This document shows positions 12,101 through 21,800 of a DNA stretch of 64,000 nucleotides, piece after piece (the first letter of the stretch is position 1; each line of letters starts with the position of its first letter). Made by a program: the position numbers and the translations under genes. Source of the stretch: Botryllus schlosseri (taxonomy: Eukaryota); NCBI GenBank assembly GCA_051294905.1, contig CM119379.1, positions 24,118,001 to 24,182,000 on the forward strand, given 5' to 3'. The notes under the pieces were generated by a model. That model had not been told where the DNA came from, ran no database searches, and saw only the letters and a program-made list of their open reading frames with translations.

Positions 12101-12345
12101 GTGGTACCTAGTGAATCCTCGAAATTCAGTGTCGACTGTAATCCGAGAACCCCCGAATATGACGCAAATATTCCAACAGCCCCGATCGCTAATATCGTTG
12201 ATTGTCGAGTGATCTCTTTTCGATAGATGGAATCTTTGACTGCGGTTGACTCACTCACTTTGACTGCAGTTGACTCACTCACTTTGATGCTGTATAAATC
12301 GTCAGCATCATCAGCGCTAACAGATTGCAACGGAGTGATCTCCAT
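62..12345 (-). CDS. UNC93A: UNC93-like MFS membrane protein (UNC93A family), exons 11958-12345, 11767-11890, 468-~975, 169-403, 62-111
   Basis: Peptides match the UNC93 family: GLQSTLNFEDSLGTTSL, TLYPAAVLLGIGEAFIWPA, CGALDC, PLNFYNGMMMAFIFGDFTRSYIAC, VVSALLGVSDSI, ALIG. Phases are consistent. The exon 3 acceptor (975) and the 3' end are uncertain. Confidence 0.85.
169..403 (-). CDS. UNC93A: UNC93-like exon 4
   Basis: IGLLMTIFGHSSA...IYVVSALLGVSDSIREAVIT, donor GTAAGA. Confidence 0.88.
468..975 (-). CDS. UNC93A: UNC93-like exon 3 (5' boundary 975, or alternatively 843)
   Basis: VYMGIGYA...ECGALDC...YVLFAGYTF...GDFTRSYIACAMSVHQ, donor GTAATC. Confidence 0.8.
1192..2839. mobile_element. Non-autonomous hAT (Buster/Charlie-type) element with nested repeats
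   Basis: TIRs CAGTGATTCCCAA / TTTGGGAACCACTG; perfect 8-bp TSD GTCTAAAA; GCGGCCC subterminal motifs. Confidence 0.9.
1426..2480. mobile_element. Nested copy of the CAGGGCCGTAAC-TIR family
   Basis: Starts CAGGACTGTAACTGC; colinear with 5276-6989, including an internal tandem duplication; no TSD found. Confidence 0.65.
2927..4209. mobile_element. Non-autonomous hAT element with AGTAGA subterminal repeats
   Basis: TIRs CAGAGGTGGTC / GACCACCTCTG; perfect 8-bp TSD CACACAAC; relics at ~18008-18032, ~37890-37950 and ~43895-44030. Confidence 0.9.
4623..4694 (-). tRNA. tRNA-Gly (anticodon TCC), apparently intact
   Basis: GCGTCGATGGTGTAAAGGTTAGCATTGTTGCCTTCCAAGCAATAGATCTGGGTTCGATTCCCGGTCGACGCA. The acceptor stem is perfect, the anticodon and T stems pair, the B box is GGTTCGATTCC, and TTTT follows immediately downstream. 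Confidence 0.88.
4740..4850. mobile_element. Left-end relic of a TAGGGATG-type TIR element
   Basis: TAGGGATG start followed by clustered GTGAAC/GTTCAC motifs; no right end seen. Confidence 0.4.
5276..6989. mobile_element. Non-autonomous hAT element (CAGGGCCGTAAC TIR)
   Basis: TIRs CAGGGCCGTAACTGC / GCTGTTACGGCCCTG; perfect 8-bp TSD CGTACTGG; the empty site is visible at ~34810. Confidence 0.92.
5533..5956. mobile_element. TAGGGTTA..ATA-TIR MITE (hAT Blackjack-like) with GAGGAC repeats
   Basis: TAGGGTTAGCATA / TATGGTAACCCTA; 7-bp duplication CATTACC; the empty site is seen in the related copy near 56975 (reverse strand). Confidence 0.85.
7261..7303 (-). pseudogene. 5' half of a tRNA-Gly(TCC) gene
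   Basis: Identical to the 4623 copy from the acceptor stem to the anticodon arm, then abuts a fold-back element arm; its upstream flank resembles that of the 4623 copy. Confidence 0.75.
7381..7974. mobile_element. hAT MITE with GACTC pentamer arrays
   Basis: TIRs CACGGTTGTAA / TTACAACCCTG; perfect 8-bp TSD CAGTTAAC. Confidence 0.9.
8200..8800 (-). pseudogene. Degenerate hAT (Buster/Charlie) transposase fragment
   Basis: KIQSSDSIVTIRETSMSVDILSHV; ASDESTDIA*LIIW..FI (first catalytic Asp motif DESTD at ~8647-8661); CCRAPGLEGKK...FSYH; contains stops and frameshifts. Confidence 0.65.
9103..9417. mobile_element. Buster-type MITE nested in 8016-9582
   Basis: TIRs CAGTGGTTCTCAAACT / AGTTTGAGAACCACTG; flanks CATTAAAG / CTTTCAAG (6/8). 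Confidence 0.85.
9714..9785 (-). tRNA. tRNA-Gly(TCC) variant, probable pseudogene
   Basis: Same sequence with D-arm (AACGT) and T-stem/B-box (GGCTTCGA) substitutions; only TTT downstream. Confidence 0.7.
9877..9948 (-). tRNA. tRNA-Gly(TCC) variant, probable pseudogene
   Basis: Same sequence with a broken T stem (CAGTG); tandem with the 9714 copy and shares its TGATCAAA flank. Confidence 0.7.
10694..11526. mobile_element. MITE with TTGCA/GCAAC repeats; inverted relative of 45594-46145
   Basis: TAGGCAACTTTTT...CAAAAACCTGCCCTA ends; long colinear similarity to 45594-46145 on the opposite strand, plus a ~230-bp insert; no TSD. Confidence 0.7.
11767..11890 (-). CDS. UNC93A: UNC93-like exon 2
   Basis: KFTLYPAAVLLGIGEAFIWPAVTSF; TTTTAG acceptor, GTAATG donor. 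Confidence 0.88.
11958..12345 (-). CDS. UNC93A: UNC93-like exon 1
   Basis: MEITPLQ...YSGVLGLQSTLNFEDSLGTTSL...FTLANIYP, donor GTGAGT. Confidence 0.9.
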
Positions 12346-12539
12346 TGGCAACAATAGCCCTAACGATATGAAAATGAATTTTGCGATCAGAGATATCTCA
12401 ATTCGATCAAAACCGGACCACGACCTAACCTATATCGATCTCGCCTTCCGCCACTTGCCACCTCATTCAGTCGCTTGCCTTTTATATTCTCTTCTTTACT
12501 TCTCATTCGGTGTGCATGCCTCTTCTCTACTTCGCCTAG

Positions 12540-12660
12540 GCCAAGGTGGGTGTTTGATTTCAAAAACTACTCCAAGTCCTTTCGATACATTCCTATCTTT
12601 TCATTGTATCGCAGTTTTGTGGCGTTTTCAAATTATGAAAATAGTAATAAACTGATACTG
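12540..12660 (+). repeat. Short interspersed repeat, also at ~19795-19910 and ~47240-47380
   Basis: Shared TAGGCC...TACTCCAAGTC.TTTCGA...TTTTCATTGTATCGCA...ATAAACTGA. Confidence 0.65.
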
Positions 12661-12899
12661 AAGAGCCCGTCGCCCTTATAAGTTGTTATTCCTAAAGATT
12701 GAATCGAACGATGTTAGCAATGCGCAACAATCCGCAACATCAGCAGCTTCAAACTATATATATAAATATAGATCGTTAGCATATTGCGTGCAGGTCGTGA
12801 TTTCGATTGACCTCCATAAACAAGAAACGTCCTGTTCGCTGAAGAGAGAATACTAAGGAATCTCATTAAAATATGTCCGACCTCGAGTTCGAGAAGCTA

Positions 12900-13560
12900 A
12901 TGAGTTCCAGGATACTCGTTGACTGAAACTATCGAATGTTAAAATGGAACGGCAACGACCGATTTTGCAACTTCGTTCCACTTCGCTGAGACTGCTTTCT
13001 GAATTGCTTGGCGGCAGCGACAGTAGGATCGATTTCCGACAATCCAACATGTTATCATCCAGAGCGCAGAATTTACTGAATCTGGTCTTGATCGAAAGCT
13101 ACCGTCTCATTGATTCCGAAAATATAAATTACGATATGGTCAGGTGTTCGGAATATGACCAAAAATCACCCTCAACATATGAAATCTGGATTGTTCAGAA
13201 CAATCGGATGACTGCAAAACAATGACCCATTGCGGCTCTCCGATTGTTCGGACAACGCCGATATTTCAGACTTTGGTGGGCGAATTCAGGATGATTCCAG
13301 TGTCTGATCATATTTTAATTTATATTTTCGAAATCAGTGCGACAGTAGCTTTCGATTAATACCAGATTCAGTAAATTCTGCGCTCTGGACGACAGCTTTT
13401 GGATTGTCAGAAATCCTGCTGTCGCTGCCGCGAATCAATCCAGTATGCAGTCTCAGCGAAGCGGAACGGAGAATAAAAATCGGTTGTTGCCATTCCATGT
13501 TTACATTCGATACTGAAACACGCAGCACGCCATGCAGCCTATCCGATATACTGCCTGATG
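12900..13560. repeat. Old fold-back (palindromic) element
   Basis: Arms of ~300 bp mirror around the CAATG-ACC-CATTG apex at 13220-13232; clearly diverged. Confidence 0.8.
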
Positions 13561-15290
13561 AGTTTCCCCACGTTTGCACAGAAATTATCCAAATGAATAA
13601 TAATAATGTAACGAGCTAAATAGGGGACGATTTACATTGTACGTCATTGTACGTCATTTGCTCCTGAATTGATAAACCGGCTCTACGAGTGACCCAGGAT
13701 ATTTCGGTGAATTATAGTCATTTTTCCTATTACAAAAATATGCTAAATTGTTTGCGGAGCTGAAAGTATACCGCTAATCCTGATGGTGTTTTATGGTGCA
13801 CGGAAAGCCAAGGATATTCGACGATGATAATCATATTATGTACTACATCGACACGTAACATTGGTTATATTGACTTTGTATGTATTTACTACTGTAGCCT
13901 CAACAATTCAAACAACGTTATTGCGACGCAATGAAAATACTACTAAGGCAGAAATGGACTCAATCAATCTCGACATCTAACCATCACTATCTCAACCAAT
14001 CATCTACTCTACGTTATAACTGCACTGCACTGCAAGGCAATTTATTTGCTCCTGAGGAAGCCTCACTTATTATCAAATGTTCAATGAACTTGCAACATCA
14101 TATGCATTGAGCAACCAATTACCGATAACTTCACAGCGCAAATATACTCTTTGTTACGCACGACCTTAGCCTGCTTACGCGAGTAAGAACGAATGTCCAC
14201 TGTCCAGATACAGATAGTATGCAAGAATGAAGCAATAGTCAGTTTCAAACTGCCGATGACAAAATCATTGATGCCCCTAGCGTGAGCAAAGTGAGAGATA
14301 TTGTCGTTTGTCGGCATAGTATGATCATCGCCCTGTGTCAGTGCGGTTATCGGATTACAATATTATAATTTCGATATCAATGAGAATACATTCAAATATC
14401 AATAGTCCTATATATTGCCTGAGCGAATGTGTCAACCGGCATTATATACGCGTGACCTTTTGAAGTCTCCGATATATCATCTCCAAAGTGGGACATTGCT
14501 GCAGGGTATACTAGGACTATGGACATGGACAAATGGACACTTGGACAATTGGACATATTGTGAGATGCATTAGCGTTCGCTAACCTTTCTACGAACTAAT
14601 CTCAAACGGTAATGAATTATCCGTACTGTGAATTGCGGCGTGATTGTGTCAATGTATCTGGTAAAATATCTCCTAATATCGATGATTTTCGGAGGTCTAT
14701 AGCAACTGCCAGAAACTCTATTGACGAACCTTACCTTGAGGCGTTCGGTCGGAAAAGAAAGTACGCTTTGTCATGTGTCTACCAAATGTCTACTGACTAC
14801 TTGAGAAAAAAAGGAGGTAGTTTTATTTTCCTCTGTACCATCGTGGTGCTGTTGGGATGAAGTGCGCACTGCGCATTAGTTATCTAGTCAGCAGATTGAA
14901 TGCTCAGTGCTAGACACTTGATGGTAATAACAATAATATAATCAATTCAAATGCACTTCTAATTTGTTGGCTCTGTATCTGTCTGTCTGCGTGTCACAAT
15001 GCGAAATACAAATCATTCTTAGAAATGTTTTCTTGTTATTGTTTACCAGTCGAGTAAATCTATAGTTACTGGCTTCGACACAACGTAGCATATATGTACT
15101 GAGGCGGAGAGTACAGAGGTGTCACTGTCACATGCGAAGCCGCTTATGCAATTCTAATTGCACAATATGTCACGCAATCTCACACGATCATGACAAAGTC
15201 AACGTAACATCGCAACTCCAAGGGCGCAGCGACGAATTACCTTATGGATTGAACCTGGTGATAGATTCTCAGCAGTTACAAACTTACAAC

Positions 15291-16171
15291 TAGGGCTGGG
15301 CAAAATCGAGTACCTGAGTGATTCGATTCTGAATCACGTATTACGCTTCGAGTCGAGTATTCGAGTATCCCTCATTATGACGTCACTACAGAATGTGCTA
15401 TGTCAAAGTTCAAATATGCGGCGGGGGAGATAGTGTAGTGGTTACGATAAGCGCCCAGCACGCAGACGGACTGGGCTCGATTCCCGTCGGAGGTTTATCT
15501 GGGCTCCTCTTCCCCTGCCGTTGCCGTTCTTACGGCGACAAAAAAAGCCCAGACAAAGGCCCGACGAAAGAAAGCACTCACAATGAATGGAAAGAACTAG
15601 TAGAAAGGGCCGCGGCTTCAAAGAGATCAACATCGGGCACTCTCAGGCCCAGGTGGATGTTAGAGTAAAGGATCGCTACTGATGCGCGTCGTTCGACATC
15701 CTCCTATCTGTTCATGACATCGCATTGTGTCTTATCGCATTGTACATTGTGTGTGACTTGTTCAGATCAAAAATATAACCCGACCATGTTATGTTATGTT
15801 ATGCACCTTTTATGCCACCACAAAGAACATAATGTCTGTTATCCGTCAGATTAAAGATACTTTGGTACTTTTCGATCATACCGATTTCATTGCACTGGTT
15901 GAAAATGTTGTGGGATGATCAGGACTTCGGAAATGTGTTATTTCTAGTAACGTTCGTAACTTCGTATGTGTCTCGTATGCTGCGACACGGCCAATCTAGG
16001 TTTCAATGCTTCCTCAGTGGAAAATAGTATCAAAACTATAATTCTCGTTACTAAATTTACTTTCAGTTGCGAGGAGCGTATAATTTCAGTACTCGAAAAA
16101 ATCGTCTTTTACTACTGTTCTCGAATCATTAAAATACTCGATTCAGATTCGAGTACTCGAATCATTGTGCC
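15291..16171. mobile_element. hAT-type MITE (TAGGGCTGGGCA TIR, TCGAGT motifs) with nested SINE
   Basis: Left TIR TAGGGCTGGGCAAAATCGAG; right end GAATCATTGTGCC truncated; perfect 8-bp TSD CTTACAAC. Confidence 0.8.
15423..15803 (+). mobile_element. tRNA-derived SINE-like element
   Basis: Head with A box TAGTGTAGTGG and B box GGCTCGATTCC; ~300-nt unrelated body; (ATGTT)n tail. Confidence 0.7.
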
Positions 16172-17498
16172 CTTACAACAACATCAACATCTTCCAACAT
16201 CAGAGCATCATTCTACCGTGAATCCAAATCAACTTGTAGCAAAGGCCATTCTACAATCTACATAAATTGGCCTTCTATCCTACGTTCGACGAATTCGGCT
16301 GTTCTACTGTAGATAACTAACCTACGGAAAGATGCGCAACACGTGATTCACGGTCGAGTGATGCTACAGTCGCAGATTTGCTGTCGCTTCATAGCATGAA
16401 ACGGCAACGTAATAGCTAATTCCATAGATGACGACCCGAGCGCTAAAATTAAGTGAAGTTGATCTTATTTGAAAGCTGAGAAGAAGAGACTGATCTAGCG
16501 CAACGCGGGCTGTCGCTTGAAGACGCCCACGACCGCCTACGCTGGAGACGCTTAACACGAGCCCAGAGCTGATTTTCTCGATCTTCTTTTGTTTCCTGTT
16601 TTCTTTTGCCCTTTTTTATGTTATCTGATGGAATAGTCGATATATATATACAGCGAGAAGAAAATTTCAATATTATTTAAAATCTCTCAAATATTCGGGA
16701 GTCAATTCGAAAATTCAATTTGCATATCGACGGCCGCAAACACATACTAATTGAATTACGTGTTCACGGCCGCACAAATTCCCTTCCACGGCCGCAGGTT
16801 GGCCACCCCTGATGTAAAGCTACCGAAATCGCAAGTTTATCCGTAACCGACTGAACGCAGTAATCAAAAAACAAGACACGCACGAGATACATACGAATTC
16901 TGTTTATGACGAAAGAATGCTGTCAGGAAATCGTTTGAAGCGCATCGGGAGAAATATACGAGAAAGAGAAAAGTAATGATAAAAAATGGTGATTGGATCT
17001 GAACGTGGCACGAACCAAGACAACATGTCCAATTTTCCATACCCAAGAATACGCAAACACAGAGAATAACTAACATGCTTCCGTCGTAATGCTTAGCCCG
17101 TCCACCTTTATCTGGCCTGTATTGATTAGCAATAGCAGCATAGTGAATATGCATCCGAGATACTTGTGTGTTTCCAATTCACCGTAAAATTAGAGATTTC
17201 TAACCTAAGGTAAGCTAGTAATCCATAATAAAACTCACCAAAGCAATACGTAACCCTGATACCTGATACTATTTACGTACGTTCTGTACAATATGCTTCG
17301 CCATATATCAAATGGGAGAGACATGGTTTTGCAACACAAGTATTGCACTGTGACTATTATTTCACTAGCTACGGCCAAAATGTTGCGGCTGAATTCATGG
17401 AGAAATATGCTCTCGTCGGGTTTGACGAGTGAAACCCGCGTTGATCATGCGGTCAAAAAATATCGAATGAAGAAAACATATAAAACTCACGAAATATG

Positions 17499-17726
17499 TC
17501 AAAAATAGAGGCGTGTCGGATTAACGGCCTCGTTCACTGGATAAATTAATCGTAAAATCAAGATAAAATTGGCCGAGTAATACAATCCTTTCGTGCCGCG
17601 GTTAATAATCTCCTCGCAGAGGCAATTTTCAGGCATCCAAATCACGCTTTGGCCCGAAGGACACCTTCTGCAGTGCTGTGCCTTGTTGCCTATGCCTAGG
17701 CTTTCTCTTCTATAACCTCTGACGTT
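17499..17726 (-). CDS. Candidate terminal exon 41 of P-Rex (two possible acceptors)
   Basis: TTTACAG acceptor at 17726 gives TSEVIEEKA*; CAG acceptor at 17718 gives GYRRESL...CRRCP...CLC...LYF*. Both are phase-compatible with the exon 40 donor. No expression evidence. Confidence 0.3.
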   Translation of the reverse strand, partial: NVRGYRRESLGIGNKAQHCRRCPSGQSVIWMPENCLCEEIINRGTKGLYYSANFILILRLIYPVNEAVNPTRLYF

Positions 17727-18078
17727 CTGTAAATGCTGTGAAACAACAAAGTTGTTATGAGAATATGATTGTGATGTTAAGCTTATCCAGAATACACTGT
17801 GCTGGCGAACAATAGTGACGCATATATACGAGGCCTATAGTCTCCGTAAAAATACATCGCCCCAGAGTTAGTGATGGGTATAAGGTTGCATTTAAAACAA
17901 AGATCAATTTAAAACAAACAATCTCTGGTAGTGATGTAGTCGAATTATATTTACAACATGGCGAAGTATGAGATGTTATATCCTTAGTATAGATAGAGAA
18001 GTAGTGCAAGTACTTCGTTACTGACCACCTCTGGGAGGTAGCTAAAAACCATGCTTTGGAAGCTAGATAATTCTAGAC

Positions 18079-18466
18079 CAGTGGTCCGCAAAGTGGGCGA
18101 TATGGACCCCCAGTGGACGATTTTAAGGAACAATGGGTGATTGGGGGGGTGTGGAGATTAGAGCGTTCAGTGAGATATATTTAATTACCACGGCCAAAAA
18201 TGCACGAGAAGACGGCTTATTCTGCATATGACGCGAAAGTTGACAAAAAAAGGTCAACCTAACGGAAAGTAGTCCAGGAAACCGGAAACCGAAAAAAAAA
18301 TGATCCATTTTTAGTCGATTCACCAGCGATTAGAGTTTGGTGAATAAATTTCCCGTTTACATGTCCTCTTTTTCGGAACCGTGAATATGGGGGGGGGGGG
18401 GGGGGGCGAAAACTTGTGTCGAGCTTGATAAGGGGGCGATGGGTCGTAAAAGGTTGTGGACCACTG
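18079..18466. mobile_element. Buster/Charlie-type MITE
   Basis: TIRs CAGTGGTCCGCAA / TTGTGGACCACTG; perfect TSD TTCTAGAC. Confidence 0.9.
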
Positions 18467-18639
18467 TTCTAGACTACCGACAACGAAATGCTGGTAAAAT
18501 AATTCTATTATAGTTGAAATGAGATCTTAGAACATTTCAAAAATTAGATTCCTTGCCTTTAATTCTAATTACTCTATAATTAGACAACTAGAATTATCTA
18601 GTGGTTGAAGTCTGCTACGACACATTGTCATTTCATATC

Positions 18640-18814
18640 TCACCGTGGCGCAGTTTTCACGGTTGAATCCTTGGCGCTCGGGTTTTTCTTGGAATTCTTG
18701 GCGCGGGCCCCGCTGTTGCAAAAGAGGCCGACGGCGGTCGAGAAATAACGGGGCGGTAACGCGTGACTCCGCGTCAGTATCACTGCTTGCTGCGTGGAAC
18801 AGGCGATAGTCGAC
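18640..18814 (-). CDS. PREX: P-Rex exon 40 (C-terminal)
   Basis: [23 protein letters not shown]...KTAPR; ends either at TGA 18640-18642 or at donor CG|GTGAGA (18644). Confidence 0.9.
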
Positions 18815-21800
18815 CTGAAGGGTAAGCGAAGGTTGGAATTTCTCGTCTCGAATGCGGTGGTATACATATATGAGCACGAGCGTGCATCAAACGGTTGCCC
18901 GACATTTGACCATGCAACACAATAAAAATCGACATTGGATGTTAGGTTTAGGGCTCATATAAGGGGTATAAAGTCACAGGCTCAACTGTCGTTTCTGTTC
19001 ATGGCGTTTCAACAATGATGGTCACGACCATTTTTCTATTCTCTATCTCTTTTTTCTAATTCTCCATTAAGATTACTGAGGTACCGACTTATAGCAGAAT
19101 AATTTTCCAAGTGCTGTAGGTTGTCTAGGCTCCTCGTCACCAACCGATTCGCATAAGCGGTGTCTCGCAAAGGCCAATAACTCAGGAATCATAATGAAGA
19201 ATATTGGCCTGATGTAAAATGACTAATGATCATAGACATCAAAAGACCACGAACACCAATGACCCTAAAACGAAACCTAACCTCAACTCATACCCGAACC
19301 TAACGGGCCTATCATTAATCCAAATGCTTAAATGCAGCTTGTGAGTAATCTGTTATATCGACCCGCCTACCGACACATGCCACTTCATTTTCATTTTCTG
19401 TTATACAAGCTTCTTATTTTCATGTTCTAGACCAGGGCTATACTCAACTGTCGGACCGTGGTCCGAATGCGTACCGTTTCAGCGTTGAAGCCGGACCTTA
19501 CCAATCTCGGTATTTACGTTTTTCAGTAAAACCAAATCCATTATCGTTGATTTGCAAAAATAAAGTGCAGTGTCTTTATTCTTTCTGTTAAGCGCCAGAC
19601 TAACAATATGTTACCTCCTTGGTTAGAACTACATTGTCTCCGGGACTGTCTCCGGTTGTATGACTGAATATTATTTCATGAGAGTTAAACGTTTTAATGA
19701 ACTCAAGAAGATCTAGAAATTCCTGAATGGACTTTACAAATTTCACGCGTTTGTAACTGGACCTTTACAAAAATAGTTGGGTAACCCTGTATAGGCCAAG
19801 GTTGTCTGATTGAAAGAATACTTCAAGTCATTTCGACTCTTCCCTATGTTTTCATTGTATCGCAATCTTGCGGTGTTTTTAAATGATGAAATTAATAATA
19901 AAAACTGAACTAAAACTCAAGTGAGCTCATATGTCCACGGACCGTATACATATCGACGAAATGACTCGTGTAGAATATTTCACGAACCTGTGTACTCCGT
20001 TGTTACAAGCCATGATGTGGCATCCGCCCAGACGGTGACAGAACTCGGCCGCTAACGTTAATATCCCGCACCCGGTGTTGCTGAGGTTGGGCGTGTTCGG
20101 CCGGGCTTTCACGTGCGACTCGATCAGTGACATGACTTCTTGTAATGCGTTGAGAGGACGGGAGAGCTGCGATTGAAAATAATGACCATGAGTAGAAATA
20201 TCGTCAGGCTTGGTGGCGTGATTATTTTAGCCCCAATATCGATTCCTTACTCGCTGAAGAGCGTTGTCAGGTATCGCGCGCAGCTCATATTTCAAAATAA
20301 AATGAAATTGATGATCATGATATTTTTTGATGTATTTGTATTTCTTTAATGAAATATTATTTCTTTTGTGGTAACTATGCCCGAGGCCCATGACAGAGAG
20401 CACATCGTTGTAGCCTACTGACGTCAAGTTTTAAAAACGTGTTTGCTAACCGTGTGGCTTACTTTGTCTCTCTACTGCATTCTTGCGGCCCACGACTTCT
20501 ATGAAATTTGAAAAGTAGCCCGCGACCAGTTTTGAGTTGGCAACCTCTGGTGTAAGTATACAGTACATGGTTATTGGCTATGGATGCAACAGTCACTACT
20601 GAGTGTATCTGTCCAAGTGTATAAATGACGAAGATATTCGCAAAACAGGCCAATGCCTTTGCATCATCTTACTCTGTCGATCATGACGGCCCTGGCCTCC
20701 GTGTCTCTCGGCAGTTTTGATCTGTCCAGTCGGAAGGCTCTGTACTTTTTGTAGTAGTCGTAAGCGTTTTCCAGCGCCCGTTCGTTGACGGAATTCAGAA
20801 ATTCGTGCAGCGTGACGCCTTGCTTGTACAGAAACGAGCCCACGTCTTCAAGACCTGGAATGTGAAATCAGTGAGTTTTATCTATAACTAGTTATGCCGG
20901 CTGAATATGAATGAATTCTTGAATTCGCGATCTACTAATCAGAGCAGAGCTGCGCATAACATAGTATGGTATAGTATACGGGATATGAAGATGTGCAAGT
21001 ATGATATGTGATATCGAATGGAAAAATCCAATATGTATAGAACAAATAGTTTCATACATCCATACTTCCATACATCTATACTTCCATACTTGACAACGTT
21101 TTTCAATACCAAACTGAACATGGAACTGAAACGTTTTACTTTGCACCTACTTATCATACCCCGAGTAAAGCCTATGGAGACTTGATAGATGTTCAACGCT
21201 CATAGACCTATATCTTTAACGCTGGTACCTTGGTTCAAGTAATATTACGACTGAAATATTAACATCCGAGTCCTTCTGTATTTCAGAAGTGGATTCATTA
21301 CACCGAAAGTGGTAGAAAGCATGTAAAATGCATCGAATATTGTATGGAGGCATGTTGGCATGGCATCGAAAAATTAAGTGTGACACGGAAAGAGTTGAAT
21401 AGGGAAATATTTCATTCCATATCATACCAGAACAGCCAGAATGCCATAAAATGCATTTTTGCACAATTTGGTTATGCATAATCACACCGTCGCATAATAT
21501 ATGAATGAACCAAAACTGCAGTGTCAGCTTACCGTGGTTGAACATGACGGGTACCAGCTTTATCCCGCCGCCGGCCTGAAGTCGTGGCGGCAATTTGATG
21601 AAGATATGCTTGTCGAGATGGAAATTGACTCTCAGGGCACTTCTGTTGCCCTCCATGGTGTATCCGATGCCGTTCACTTTAAAAACAGCACTTAATAAAT
21701 CCGAGGCCGGGAATTTTCGATGAATGTATCTCTCAAAGCCAGCCCTTTGTCCATGTCATTTACACAGGGCCGAAACAGTACTCCGCCAGCCCCCCGAAAC

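Noticed and set aside
12853-13619. Mutually similar ORFs on opposite strands
   Set aside because: Artefact of the palindromic repeat at 12900-13560
16449-16670. Basic 73-aa ORF as an exon or gene
   Set aside because: No recognisable homology, wrong phase for P-Rex, and it overlaps an interspersed repeat (16310-16500)
12345-18640. P-Rex and UNC93-like as a trans-spliced operon
   Set aside because: They share a strand but are separated by ~5-6 kb of repeat-rich DNA, with no identifiable SL acceptor
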